Source: Fidelibacterota bacterium
GTDB taxonomy: Bacteria; Pseudomonadota; Alphaproteobacteria; Rhodospirillales; Rhodospirillaceae
Assembly (NCBI GenBank): GCA_947476625.1
Contig: CANJRA010000003.1
Location: 821 to 64,820 of the forward strand
DNA length: 64,000 bases
Reading direction: 5' to 3'
Shown: positions 8,000 to 18,720 of the stretch, in pieces
Position numbering within the stretch: position 1 is the stretch's first letter
How the letters are laid out: every line of letters begins with the position of its first letter
Position numbers and translations under genes: made by a program
Notes under the pieces: generated by a model
Seen by the model: the letters and a program-made list of their open reading frames with translations, nothing else
Databases searched by the model: none
What the model was told of the DNA's origin: nothing

Positions 8000-9501
8000 T
8001 CGTATTTGGCGCTGACGTTAGTCGCACCGGCATGTGGGCTTGCCGTAACATCACGCACTGACTTTGCCAACAGTAATTTGCCCGCCGTGAAGATAAAGAT
8101 AATCCCACCTGCAACGGCAATAACTCCGCCAAATCCCTGAATCGCGAGAAAGGTGAATTTCGTTACAGTGTCGATCTCTTGCGCAGCGCCGGCGGTTTTA
8201 CGGGCCACACCTTCCATCCCGGCAACAAACAGTCCGAGCGAATGGATCAACTGCCCGCCGCCCAACAACAGATACATACTCGTGCGCAAACGGCGACGCT
8301 CGGTGCGTCGATGCAACAACGGCAGAAACAAGCCGAAATAGAGCGCGATGAATCCCAAGGTCACGGCAATCAGCATCGCGTGATAGTGACTGGGCGTGCG
8401 CGTATCAACCGAGCCTTCGAAGAAACCGAAGATTCCGCCGATACCAAACAATACCAACGCAGCGGCGACGCCTTTGATTTCCGGCGCGCCCGCCCAGACG
8501 TCGCGTTTACGACGGATCAATAACCGCACGACACTCAACATCACCACCGCCGCGGGGACCGGCAATGCATACCAATATAAGTGCGTAAAGGTGAGGCGCA
8601 TGGCGGGGCTGCCGCCTTCATACGTCAGATAGAGCAGCGGCCCGGCGGCGGCACCGGCCACAAGCAGCAACATCATGCCCCTGAACCACTGCGCCGGGAG
8701 CGGCGTTTCGCCGAGCGTAACGCGGACCAGTAGATAAAACCCGCACAGCATCAGCGCGGTGTTGGCGAACTGCAGAATATGACCGCCGCCCCACATCACA
8801 TATTCAGCGGCGCCTTCAAGTCCGGTATTCGGCGGCAATGTGAGCCAAGCCGCGACGATACATACCATCGCCAGCAGATAGATAACGCCCGCGCAGGCAA
8901 CACCGAATGTTCCGGCTTCGACAAAACGCTGCCGCGACAACAGAACCAGTAGCCGCAAAATCGGCAACGCCACGCAGACTGCGAGCAACGTCAACCCGGC
9001 GAAGTACAACGGATGCACCAGCAGTGGCACATAGTTGTTGATGGACGGCTCGCCCAGGTCGGCCAGCGCCGGAATCAACAGCATGATAAAGCTCAGCCCA
9101 AATCCGTAAACCGAGGCACGCCCGACGACGATGCCAAGACCGCCAACATCTGCATTACGCTCGGCAACGGCCTGCGCCGTGGCGACGACGGTCATGGCAC
9201 CCTGAACGCCGAGGTACCACACAACAAACGCAAACGAGACGTGCACGACTAACAGCTTGCGGAAGAACGTCTGGCCGGTCCACGGAAAGATCATCTCTGC
9301 GCCCGGTACGCGCGCGAGGGCCAGGAGTAATGCGAGCACGCCCGCCAATCCTAAAGCTGCCAGCGCCAAACCCGCCCAGCCATAGAGCTCTGACCTGAGG
9401 TGCGGCGTCAGTTTGCCCGCGAAATGCCCATCCACCGGAACATCGACCGGCGGCGGCAACGAACGAGCAATGACTTCCCTATCGTCCATGGCGCGGATCA
9501 T
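7996..9501 (-). CDS. Polytopic membrane protein resembling heme-copper oxidase subunit I (divergent, B-family/ba3-like by eye); function unknown
   Basis: The 501-aa translation appears to have roughly 12 or more hydrophobic segments. Its motifs can be aligned by eye to HCO subunit I: LLVVHVSFAFVVW, WGGGHILQF, TPSHYHAML and AGMEGVARK. No His-His pair occurs anywhere in the protein. An AGGAA Shine-Dalgarno precedes the ATG. Confidence 0.6.
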   Translation of the reverse strand: MIRAMDDREVIARSLPPPVDVPVDGHFAGKLTPHLRSELYGWAGLALAALGLAGVLALLLALARVPGAEMIFPWTGQTFFRKLLVVHVSFAFVVWYLGVQGAMTVVATAQAVAERNADVGGLGIVVGRASVYGFGLSFIMLLIPALADLGEPSINNYVPLLVHPLYFAGLTLLAVCVALPILRLLVLLSRQRFVEAGTFGVACAGVIYLLAMVCIVAAWLTLPPNTGLEGAAEYVMWGGGHILQFANTALMLCGFYLLVRVTLGETPLPAQWFRGMMLLLVAGAAAGPLLYLTYEGGSPAMRLTFTHLYWYALPVPAAVVMLSVVRLLIRRKRDVWAGAPEIKGVAAALVLFGIGGIFGFFEGSVDTRTPSHYHAMLIAVTLGFIALYFGLFLPLLHRRTERRRLRTSMYLLLGGGQLIHSLGLFVAGMEGVARKTAGAAQEIDTVTKFTFLAIQGFGGVIAVAGGIIFIFTAGKLLLAKSVRDVTASPHAGATNVSAKYD

Positions 9502-9560
9502 TCAGTTCCTGGAGACAAAGACGCACTTAAAATCGGCTGCAAGATGCCCAAAAGCTGCCT

Positions 9561-9992
9561 TCAGGCATCGACGGGATAAACATGGTAAAGAATGACATAG
9601 ATCACGACGCCGGTCACCGTGACGTAGAGCCAGATCGGGAAAGTCCAACGTGCGATTGCTTTATGGCGATCGAAATTGCCGTGCAACGCCCTCCACGCCG
9701 TCACAAACACCATCGGCGTCACGAGAACCGCCAGCACCACATGCGTCACAAGCAGCGTGTAATAGGCCGGCACTGTCCAGCCGGTGCCACGGAACACAAA
9801 GATCGGCGCGGTAAAGTGGTAGGTCAGATAGGACGTCAGAAATACTGCCGACACGATAATCGCGGCCAGCATGAACTTGCGGTGCGTTTCGCGATCGCCC
9901 GAACGGATAAATGCAAAACCGATGAGAAGCAGAATCGTGGAAAGCGCATTCAGCACGGCATTAACGTGCGGCAGTACGGTCGCGACTGTCAT
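9561..9992 (-). CDS. DUF420 domain-containing membrane protein (CtaM-like)
   Basis: The 143-aa, 4-TM protein begins LPHVNAVLNALSTILLLIGFAFIRSGDRETHRKFMLAAI..., typical of DUF420. Confidence 0.8.
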   Translation of the reverse strand: MTVATVLPHVNAVLNALSTILLLIGFAFIRSGDRETHRKFMLAAIIVSAVFLTSYLTYHFTAPIFVFRGTGWTVPAYYTLLVTHVVLAVLVTPMVFVTAWRALHGNFDRHKAIARWTFPIWLYVTVTGVVIYVILYHVYPVDA

Positions 9993-10031
9993 AGAGAACC
10001 TTTGAATATGCGACGACGCAGAAGCTACGTT

Positions 10032-10256
10032 CTAAGGGCCTTTTACGGCCGTTTTGATGATGAAACTCACGTACATGAATAGCGAAACCGATGCGAGCGC
10101 GAGGGCGATCCAAATGCGCCGCTGGCGCGTCGTCTTATCGGGTGGCGGAACGTCTGCGGGAACCACGGCATACCCTCGATCTGTTAAGCGGAACGGCCGG
10201 GCTTGTGTAGCCGAGGCGCTCGCCGCGGGAAACCCCTCACCGGCCCAATGTAACAA
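10032..10256 (-). CDS. Hypothetical small membrane protein (single C-terminal TM)
   Basis: The 74-aa ORF sits at the head of the DUF420 operon with one TM segment, RRIWIALALASVSLFMYVSFII. The start codon is uncertain and I recognise no family. Confidence 0.35.
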   Translation of the reverse strand: MLHWAGEGFPAASASATQARPFRLTDRGYAVVPADVPPPDKTTRQRRIWIALALASVSLFMYVSFIIKTAVKGP

Positions 10257-10484
10257 AGCCCTTCATTTTTCGGCCAATCCTTAAAATCTTCGGGCCGTCT
10301 TGCCTTTACGGCGGGGGGGCGCTTCGGTTAGTCTGCCGCGTGGGCGGGAGCTTGGGGATCGAGCTCTCGGTTAACCCCCGGGGCCATAAAGACAAATTCG
10401 CAAAACCTCGCAAAATATCAGTTGAACCGTTAGGTCGGGCCGCTTAAACGGTGACCGCCCCACGGACTACAATGGAGACCGAGT

Positions 10485-11333
10485 GTGAGTCGTGCAACAT
10501 TGGCGATCGCCGCCGCCGTTACGAGCTTCTTCTATTTGACTTTGCCCGCATGGGCTGCGGAGCAGATGCCCACTCCGTCCTTTCCCCATCCATGGCAATT
10601 GAACCTTCAGCATCCGGTGACCCCTGTCGCCGAGCGGCTGCACGATTTCCATACGTTCTTGCTGTGGATCATCACCGTGATTTCGGTGTTTGTGGCGATC
10701 CTGCTGCTGATCTGCATCTTCCGTTTCAACGAGAAGGCAAACCCGGTCCCCGCCAAATGGTCGCACAACACCATGCTGGAAGTGATTTGGACGACGATCC
10801 CGGTGCTGATCCTGGTCGTTATCGCGGTTCCTTCTTATCGCCTCCTCTATTTCATGGATCGCACCACCGAAGCCGAAATGACCATCAAGGTCATTGGCAA
10901 CCAATGGTACTGGTCCTACGAATATCCTGACACTGAGATCTCTTTCGACGCGCTGGCGCTGCCCGCTGAAGAAATCGATGTCAGCAAGGGCCAGCACCGT
11001 CTGCTGGAGACCGATAAACACGTTGTTCTGCCGGTCGACACCAACATTCGCATCCTTTTCACCGCCACCGACGTGATCCATGCCTGGGCCGTGCCGGCCT
11101 TCGGCGTGAAGCTGGACAATATGCCGGGCCGCACCAACGAGAGTTGGACGCGCATCACCGAACTCGGCCGCTACTACGGCCAATGCTCCGAACTCTGCGG
11201 CGTCGATCATTCCTTCATGCCGATCGTCGTCGATGTCGTGAGCAAAGAAGATTACAAAAAATGGGTCGAAACCCAGAAGCAGGCTAACGCCGGCGCTTTG
11301 TCCTCGTCCACCAAACTTGCCGCTGCCCAGTAA
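10485..11333 (+). CDS. ctaC: Cytochrome c oxidase subunit II (aa3-type)
   Basis: It has a signal peptide, two TM segments and the CuA site HAWAVPAFGVKLDNMPGR...GQCSELCGVDHSFMP. GTG start with a GGAGA Shine-Dalgarno. Confidence 0.95.
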   Translation: MSRATLAIAAAVTSFFYLTLPAWAAEQMPTPSFPHPWQLNLQHPVTPVAERLHDFHTFLLWIITVISVFVAILLLICIFRFNEKANPVPAKWSHNTMLEVIWTTIPVLILVVIAVPSYRLLYFMDRTTEAEMTIKVIGNQWYWSYEYPDTEISFDALALPAEEIDVSKGQHRLLETDKHVVLPVDTNIRILFTATDVIHAWAVPAFGVKLDNMPGRTNESWTRITELGRYYGQCSELCGVDHSFMPIVVDVVSKEDYKKWVETQKQANAGALSSSTKLAAAQ

Positions 11334-11349
11334 TTCGGCCCGCGATTAA

Positions 11350-12999
<1,650 letters not shown>

Positions 13000-13044
13000 T
13001 TGGCCAACTGAACAGTTGGATTGGAGTTAAACGCGTAGACCATC

Positions 13045-13668
13045 ATGGACAAAAGCACACTCAAACGCCGCAATAAGCTCGTCGGTTCCGCCGTTGTCGG
13101 AATCGCCGTGCTTATGATGGGCGCTGCGATTGCTTCGTCCGAGTTCTTCGACGTTCTCTGTGCAAAGTTTGGGCTTGATGGCCGCACACAACGTGCGACC
13201 GAATCCCCCAAGAACATCACCGATATCTCTGTGACCGTGCGTTTCGACGCCAACACAGACAAGCAGCTTCCCTGGCAGTTTCACCCGGTGGAAAAATCGG
13301 TCTCGATGAAGGTCGGCGAAACCAAGACGATCTTTTACCGCGCCACCAACACATCCGATCATGCGACCACCGGCACGGCGAGCTTCAACGTTACGCCCGA
13401 AAAAACCGGCCAGTACTTCAATAAGATCCAGTGCTTCTGTTTTCAGGAGCAGACTTTGCAGCCCGGTCAAAGCGTCGACATGGGCGTGACATTCTTCATC
13501 GACCCCAAAATGATTACGGACCCCCTCACCGACGAAGTCCGGACAATTACTTTGTCTTATACGTTCTACAGATCCAAAGACGGCCTGCCGCTCACCGACA
13601 GCGCCGCTTCAGCGGATAATATCAAACTCACGGCAGCACCGGTTTCCGGCGCGGCTTCAGTTAATTAG
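13045..13668 (+). CDS. ctaG: Cytochrome c oxidase assembly protein CtaG/Cox11
   Basis: It has an N-terminal TM segment and the Cox11 motif YFNKIQCFCFQEQTLQPGQ. Confidence 0.93.
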   Translation: MDKSTLKRRNKLVGSAVVGIAVLMMGAAIASSEFFDVLCAKFGLDGRTQRATESPKNITDISVTVRFDANTDKQLPWQFHPVEKSVSMKVGETKTIFYRATNTSDHATTGTASFNVTPEKTGQYFNKIQCFCFQEQTLQPGQSVDMGVTFFIDPKMITDPLTDEVRTITLSYTFYRSKDGLPLTDSAASADNIKLTAAPVSGAASVN

Positions 13669-13690
13669 CGAATAAAGAGGACGATTGCTG

Positions 13691-14524
13691 ATGAGCTCTC
13701 AAGCCAAACACCCCTTCCACATGGTTAATCCTAGCCCATGGCCTGCGTTGGGTGCTTTCAGCGCCCTTATATTGGCCATCGGCGGTGTCTTGTACTTCCA
13801 CAAGTCCCCCGTCTTCGGCATGGAGAACCTGGGTCTTTGGAAGCTTTTCCCGGGCTTCGCGCTCGTCCTCTTCACAATGTTTGCATGGTGGCGCGACGTC
13901 GTTCGGGAATCGATCGTCGAACACGCTCACACCGAACAGGTCAGCGCCGGCCTCCGCATGGGCATGGTTCTGTTCATCGCATCGGAAGTTATGTTCTTCT
14001 TCGCGTTCTTCTGGGCCTTCTTCCACAACGCGCTGGGCTTCTCGACCTCGACGCTGCAATGGCCGCCCGCCGGCATTACGCCGCTCGAAGCTTGGGAACT
14101 GCCGTTCTACAACACGGTCATCCTGCTGACCTCAGGCGGCACCGTAACGCGCGCCCACATGTTCATCGAAGAAGGTAACAACAAGGCCGCCGCGCGCTGG
14201 ATCTTCATTACCGCCGCGTTGGGCGCCATCTTCTTGAGCCTGCAGGCCTACGAATATATTCACGCGTCCTTCAAGCTGAGCGACGGCATCTATCCTTCGG
14301 CGTTCTACCTCGCCACCGGCTTTCACGGCCTCCATGTGCTCATTGGCACCTTGTTCCTGATCGTCTGCGGCTTCCGCGCCCAGAACAACCAATTCACCGC
14401 GCACAAGCACATCGGTTTCCAGGCCGCTGCCTGGTACTGGCACTTCGTCGACGTGGTGTGGTTGTTCCTGTTCGTCTGGGTTTACTGGTTGCTGGGCGAG
14501 CCGGTCCGTCACTTCGTCGGTTAG
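13691..14524 (+). CDS. ctaE: Cytochrome c oxidase subunit III
   Basis: HPFHMVNPSPWP...GFHGLHVLIGT...AAWYWHFVDVVWLFLF. I chose the ATG 10 nt after AAGAGGA; the ORF track starts at a TTG at 13685. Confidence 0.95.
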   Translation: MSSQAKHPFHMVNPSPWPALGAFSALILAIGGVLYFHKSPVFGMENLGLWKLFPGFALVLFTMFAWWRDVVRESIVEHAHTEQVSAGLRMGMVLFIASEVMFFFAFFWAFFHNALGFSTSTLQWPPAGITPLEAWELPFYNTVILLTSGGTVTRAHMFIEEGNNKAAARWIFITAALGAIFLSLQAYEYIHASFKLSDGIYPSAFYLATGFHGLHVLIGTLFLIVCGFRAQNNQFTAHKHIGFQAAAWYWHFVDVVWLFLFVWVYWLLGEPVRHFVG

Positions 14525-14559
14525 TCCTTGACGGTCAAAACCGCATAAGTTTCTCAAAA

Positions 14560-14587
14560 GGGCCGGTCTGAGACCGGCCCTTTTTTG
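14560..14587 (+). terminator. Rho-independent terminator after ctaE
   Basis: GGGCCGGTC-TGA-GACCGGCCC forms a 9-bp stem followed by TTTTTTG. Confidence 0.8.
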
Positions 14588-14617
14588 TTATGTTGCCGCT
14601 GCCACAAAGAGGTCAAT

Positions 14618-14992
14618 ATGAGCGTGCAAAATCGCGGAGCCCCATTACTGGTCGCAGCATTGGGTTGCCGCTGCCCACGCTGTGGGAAAGGTCCGCTGTT
14701 CGACGGCTACTTAAAGATCGCGCCGGCCTGTTCCCACTGCGGTCTCAGCTTCGCCGGCAGCGACACCGGCGACGGTCCGGCATTTTTTATCATGCTGCCG
14801 CTATGCCTGCTGGTTGCAGGCTTGGCCCTCGTGTTTGAACTCAAAGTCGAACCTCCGCTCTGGGTGCATATGACGGTATGGCCGATTTTTATTGGTGTCG
14901 TCGCGGGCTTCACGCTTCGACCAGTGAAAGCCACAATGGTCGCCCTGCAGTACCGCTACCGCGACATCGAGCACGACGAACAAAGCCGCTAA
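14618..14992 (+). CDS. DUF983 domain-containing protein
   Basis: CPRCGKGPLFDGYLKIAPACSHCGL...GDGPAFFIM is the typical DUF983 sequence, and this family commonly follows ctaE in alphaproteobacteria. Start set at the ATG giving MSVQNRG. Confidence 0.85.
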   Translation: MSVQNRGAPLLVAALGCRCPRCGKGPLFDGYLKIAPACSHCGLSFAGSDTGDGPAFFIMLPLCLLVAGLALVFELKVEPPLWVHMTVWPIFIGVVAGFTLRPVKATMVALQYRYRDIEHDEQSR

Positions 14993-15010
14993 TCTTCGAC
15001 GACATAAAAA

Positions 15011-15042
15011 GGGCGGAGATGCGATCTCCGCCCTTCGTTTTT
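15011..15042. terminator. Bidirectional intrinsic terminator between DUF983 (+) and amt (-)
   Basis: The GGGCGGAGAT-GC-GATCTCCGCCC hairpin is flanked by A5 upstream and TTCGTTTTT downstream, so a T-tract follows it on both strands. Confidence 0.8.
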
Positions 15043-15054
15043 GTGCCGATGCTT

Positions 15055-16263
15055 TTAGCGCGTCATATCCTGATCGGGTGTCGAGGAAATTCTATGAATC
15101 GCGAGATCCGCGCCCAGATACTCCTGTTCCTCCGATAGCCTGATGCCTACCAATACCTTCAGCGTACCGTAAACCGCGAAGCCGGCGACGAACGCGATGG
15201 TAACGCCGATCAATGTTCCGACGAGTTGGGCTAAAAATGTCACACCGCCCATGCCGCCCAGCGCTTGTAGGCCGAACACCCCACAAAGAATTCCTCCCGA
15301 AGCGCCGCAAAGACCGTGCAACGGCCAAACCCCGAGCACATCGTCAATCCGCAGTTTGTTTTGCTGAAAGTTAAAAGCCCAGACAAACAACGCACCCGCG
15401 AATGCTCCCGTCGCAAGCGCTCCGACCGGATGCATCACATCGGAACCAGCACAGACAGCCACCAGTCCAGCGAGCGCGCCGTTATGAATGAAACCTGGAT
15501 CATTCCGGCTGACGAATAAGGCCGAAAGAATACCGCCAACCATGGCGAGCAGCGAGTTCACGGCAACCAGACCCGACACGGCCTCAAGCTTCTGTGCGCT
15601 CATGACGTTGAAGCCGAACCAGCCGACCGACAACACCCAGGCCCCAAGGGCGAGCCATATGATATTAGACGGCGGTATACCGACCGGTGTGCCGTCGCTT
15701 TTGTAGCGGCCTTTGCGGCTGCCGAGCAAAACGACGGCGCCGAGTGCTATCCAGCCGCCCATGGCATGCACCACCACCGATCCGGCGAAGTCATGGAATT
15801 TGGCGCCGAAGGTCTCTTCCATAAAGGTCTGGAAGCCGAAGTTGCCGTTCCAGGCCATACCCTCGAAGAAGGGATACACGAACGCCACCAGGCCAACGGT
15901 CGCGATAAGCTGCGGATAGAATTTTGCACGTTCCGCAATACCGCCCGAGATAATCGCCGGAATCGCCGCAGCGAACGTCAATAAGAAGAAGAACTTCACC
16001 AAATCGTAGCCTTGCGGAGCGAAACCGCCACCCTCGCCACCCGAAATAACGCGGGCGCTTTCAAGAAAGCTCACGCCGTAAGCGAGACTGTACCCGATGA
16101 AGAAATAGGCAACGGTCGAAGCCGCAAAATCGACCAGAATTTTTACCAACGCGTTGACCTGGGAACGCTTGCGAACCGTGCCCACTTCCAGGAATGCGAA
16201 ACCCGCGTGCATGGCCAGCACCATGATCGCGCCGATCAATATGAAAAAGACGTCGGAACCCAT
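15055..16263 (-). CDS. amt: Ammonium transporter (Amt family)
   Basis: The 402-aa, 11-TM protein is Amt-like throughout (FAFLEVGTVRKRSQVN, DFAGSVVVHAMGG, WPLHGLCGASGGI). Confidence 0.95.
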   Translation of the reverse strand: MGSDVFFILIGAIMVLAMHAGFAFLEVGTVRKRSQVNALVKILVDFAASTVAYFFIGYSLAYGVSFLESARVISGGEGGGFAPQGYDLVKFFFLLTFAAAIPAIISGGIAERAKFYPQLIATVGLVAFVYPFFEGMAWNGNFGFQTFMEETFGAKFHDFAGSVVVHAMGGWIALGAVVLLGSRKGRYKSDGTPVGIPPSNIIWLALGAWVLSVGWFGFNVMSAQKLEAVSGLVAVNSLLAMVGGILSALFVSRNDPGFIHNGALAGLVAVCAGSDVMHPVGALATGAFAGALFVWAFNFQQNKLRIDDVLGVWPLHGLCGASGGILCGVFGLQALGGMGGVTFLAQLVGTLIGVTIAFVAGFAVYGTLKVLVGIRLSEEQEYLGADLAIHRISSTPDQDMTR

Positions 16264-16406
16264 GGTTGAGTCCTCCCCTTAAGTTGCGGCCCGCGTTTTC
16301 CTACCCAGGGTCACGGACCATAGAAAACCCGAAGTCCCACGTTGGACTCCGGGCAACACGAAGAGCGGCCCAGATGCACTGCATCTGCCGCTTCACGCTC
16401 CTATAT

Positions 16407-16421
16407 TCAAGAACCGTGCCG
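16407..16421 (-). promoter_or_regulatory. Weak sigma-54 (-24/-12)-like element upstream of amt
   Basis: The minus strand reads cGGCAC-GGTTC-TTGa against the consensus TGGCAC-N5-TTGC. Spacing is correct, but the -12 GC is GA. It lies about 145 nt upstream of the amt ATG. Confidence 0.3.
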
Positions 16422-16523
16422 AATACTTTATGTAATTAAATCAATGCCTTGGAAAAATAGCCGCGCCGCAGTCCATGTAAGATGAACAAGCGATAGGCAG
16501 TATCTTTTTTACAAGTCTAAATT

Positions 16524-16790
16524 TTAGGCATTAGCACGTGGATTTTTGCATACCAGGAAACTGTGGCTTCCATCACCCCTGTCCTCGACTTCCACCAGAA
16601 CGTGCCCCTGCGCCTCACAGAAGGCTGGTACGTCGCGCAGCGCCGCACGATCGGTGGCCAGCAACGCCACTTCCGCACCCGCACCAAGATCCTTCAAGCG
16701 CTTACGCAGCCGCAATACCGGCAGCGGGCAATTGAGCCCGCGGGCATCGACAACAGACCGGGGTGGGGCTGAGGGCTGATCTTGCGTCAT
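16524..16790 (-). CDS. TusA/SirA-like sulfurtransferase (88 aa)
   Basis: ARGLNCPLPVLRLRKRLKDLGAGAEVALLATDRAALRDVPAFCEAQGH carries the CPxP motif. The ORF was trimmed to the ATG giving MTQDQ because its 5' extension overlaps the yeeE start. Confidence 0.85.
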   Translation of the reverse strand: MTQDQPSAPPRSVVDARGLNCPLPVLRLRKRLKDLGAGAEVALLATDRAALRDVPAFCEAQGHVLVEVEDRGDGSHSFLVCKNPRANA

Positions 16791-16845
16791 GGCCGAAGCA
16801 CGATACTGTGAGCCGCCCGCAAGAGCGCGGGAGACGGAGTGAGCA

Positions 16846-17913
16846 TTGGAAAATCTATCGCCCGGCACTCTAGCCGCCCTTTCCGGTCTTGGCATCGGCG
16901 CTGTCGTCGGCGCGACGGCCTTCTGGAGTAATTTTTGCGCGCTGGGCGGTGTGGCCGACATCCTGTTCGCCAAGGACTGGCGGCGTATGCGCGCATGGAT
17001 GCTGGCCGCTGGGGTGGCGCTTCTCGGTACGCAAACGCTGGACGCGCGCGGGTTCATTCACGTCGACCGTGTCCTGGCACCCTATCTCCTCTGGCTGCCG
17101 ACGGCCCTGGGAGGCCTCTGTTTTGGCTTTGGCATGTCGCTCGCCGGCGGCTGCGTCAACCGCGCCTTGGTGCGCGTGGGCGCTGGATCGCTGAAATCGC
17201 TCGTGACCGTCCTGGTCGTAGGCTTAACCGCCGCCGTTACCATGACCGGCGTTGTCGCACCGCTGAACGCAAGCCTTGCCCGTATCGGACGTATAGACCT
17301 TTTCGTCGCACCGGAAGGCTTGCACCGATTGTTTGGCGCCCTGCCCTGGTTCGATTCCGAAGTCGTGCGCTGGGCCCTTACTGTCATCATCGCTGGCGGC
17401 CTGATCATCTTTTGTCTGAAGGACGCTTGGTTTCGCGGCTCGCGCGAGCATCTGGGCTCTGGGTTGATAATCGGTCTGATGATTCCTGCCGCGTGGCTCG
17501 CGACCGATGAAACGCCGCATCAGGCCGCGCTGAATTTTGCAGCGCCCGTCGTCGACCTGCTTTTAGCCGCGACCGCAATGCGCGAGGCCTCTGGTTTCGC
17601 TGTCATGACTGTCATCGGCGTGCCGCTCGGTGCCTTCGTTGTTGCGGCTTTGACACGCAACTTGGCCTTGGAAACGTTTACCGACCGCGAAGACCTGCCG
17701 CGCAATCTTGTCGGTGCGGCTCTCATGGGTTTCGGCGGCACGATTGCCCTGGGCTGTACTTTTGGCCAAGGACTATCGGGGCTTTCCACCTTGTCCATCA
17801 GCGCCATGATCGCAACCGCGGGCATTCTTTTTGGATGTCTGTGGGGTATTCGCTATTTCGAAGCCGGCGGCATATGGGCCGGCCTAAAATTGGCTTTCAG
17901 TCGCGGCGCTTAA
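16846..17913 (+). CDS. YeeE/YedE family sulfur-compound (thiosulfate) transporter-like membrane protein
   Basis: This polytopic protein has the duplicated sulfur-transport motifs (NFCALGG, AGGCVNRALVR, GTIALGCTFGQG). TTG start. Confidence 0.85.
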   Translation: MENLSPGTLAALSGLGIGAVVGATAFWSNFCALGGVADILFAKDWRRMRAWMLAAGVALLGTQTLDARGFIHVDRVLAPYLLWLPTALGGLCFGFGMSLAGGCVNRALVRVGAGSLKSLVTVLVVGLTAAVTMTGVVAPLNASLARIGRIDLFVAPEGLHRLFGALPWFDSEVVRWALTVIIAGGLIIFCLKDAWFRGSREHLGSGLIIGLMIPAAWLATDETPHQAALNFAAPVVDLLLAATAMREASGFAVMTVIGVPLGAFVVAALTRNLALETFTDREDLPRNLVGAALMGFGGTIALGCTFGQGLSGLSTLSISAMIATAGILFGCLWGIRYFEAGGIWAGLKLAFSRGA

Positions 17914-18268
17914 CCGCCAGCACGCGACGCAGAGCTTTAAGGTCTTCCGCGATCGCCTTTTCCGTCGCCGCCTGCATATTGCGGTAACGCGCCAGGACTT
18001 CGCGGCCGAAGTCCGTCAGAACCGCGCCGCCGCCGCCGCCCTTACCGCCTTTTGCCGTCGTCACGACAGGTTCCCGGAACATGTGGTTCATCTCATCGAC
18101 CAAAAGCCAGGCGCGGCGATAACTCATTTCCATGCGCCGACCGGCTTCAGAGATGGAACCGGTCACCACAATATGATCCAGGAGATCGGCTTTGCCTGGG
18201 CCAATGGCAGTTGTCGTGCCGAGATCGATCCTGAGTCGCGCGCCGACCGGCGCTTTTACCGCTGTCAT
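17897..18268 (-). CDS. ModE-N-terminal-like winged-helix (LysR-type HTH) transcriptional regulator
   Basis: GPGKADLLDHIVVTGSISEAGRRMEMSYRRAWLLVDEMNHMF...TAKGGKGGGGGAVLTDFG is the ModE N-domain pattern. No molybdate-binding (Mop) domain is present. Confidence 0.8.
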   Translation of the reverse strand: MTAVKAPVGARLRIDLGTTTAIGPGKADLLDHIVVTGSISEAGRRMEMSYRRAWLLVDEMNHMFREPVVTTAKGGKGGGGGAVLTDFGREVLARYRNMQAATEKAIAEDLKALRRVLAVKRRD

Positions 18269-18377
18269 GGGTAGAATTTCCTTTTGCCCAAGACACTATA
18301 CACGGCTGGCGGCGTGGAGGACTATTCTCAGAGAGGCCTAAGCTGCCTTAAGCTGTGCCAAATTCTCGGAGATTGCC

Positions 18378-18707
18378 ATGCTACCCAATCAGGTTTTTTT
18401 CGTCACCCCCGCCCAGATCAACGCATGGCGCGATGCGGATGAAGCCGTGATAGTCGACGTACGCGAGGTGAACGAATGGGAAGAAGCACATATTCCGGGC
18501 GCCATCCTGATGCCGCTATCGACCTTCGACCCCGCGCAAATCCCCGATCCCGCCGGTAAACACCTCGTGTTTCATTGCCGCAGCGGGCGCCGGTGCGGTA
18601 TGGCTGCGGAGAAGGCCGCCGCCGCCGGCTACACCGGCGTCATCAAACGCATGGAAGGCGGATTTTTGTCTTGGTCCGCCGCCGGCTTCGAGTCCGAGCC
18701 GGGCTGA
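18378..18707 (+). CDS. Rhodanese-like domain protein (single-domain sulfurtransferase)
   Basis: EWEEAHIPGAILMPL...VFHCRSGRRCGMAA contains the active-site loop CRSGRR. Confidence 0.9.
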   Translation: MLPNQVFFVTPAQINAWRDADEAVIVDVREVNEWEEAHIPGAILMPLSTFDPAQIPDPAGKHLVFHCRSGRRCGMAAEKAAAAGYTGVIKRMEGGFLSWSAAGFESEPG

Positions 18708-18720
18708 CACCTTCGCCAGA

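Noticed and set aside
10313-10319. G7 homopolymer in the divergent cta promoter region as a possible phase-variation tract.
   Set aside because: The tract is short, it is not obviously positioned between -35 and -10 elements, and nothing else suggests contingency behaviour in core respiratory genes.
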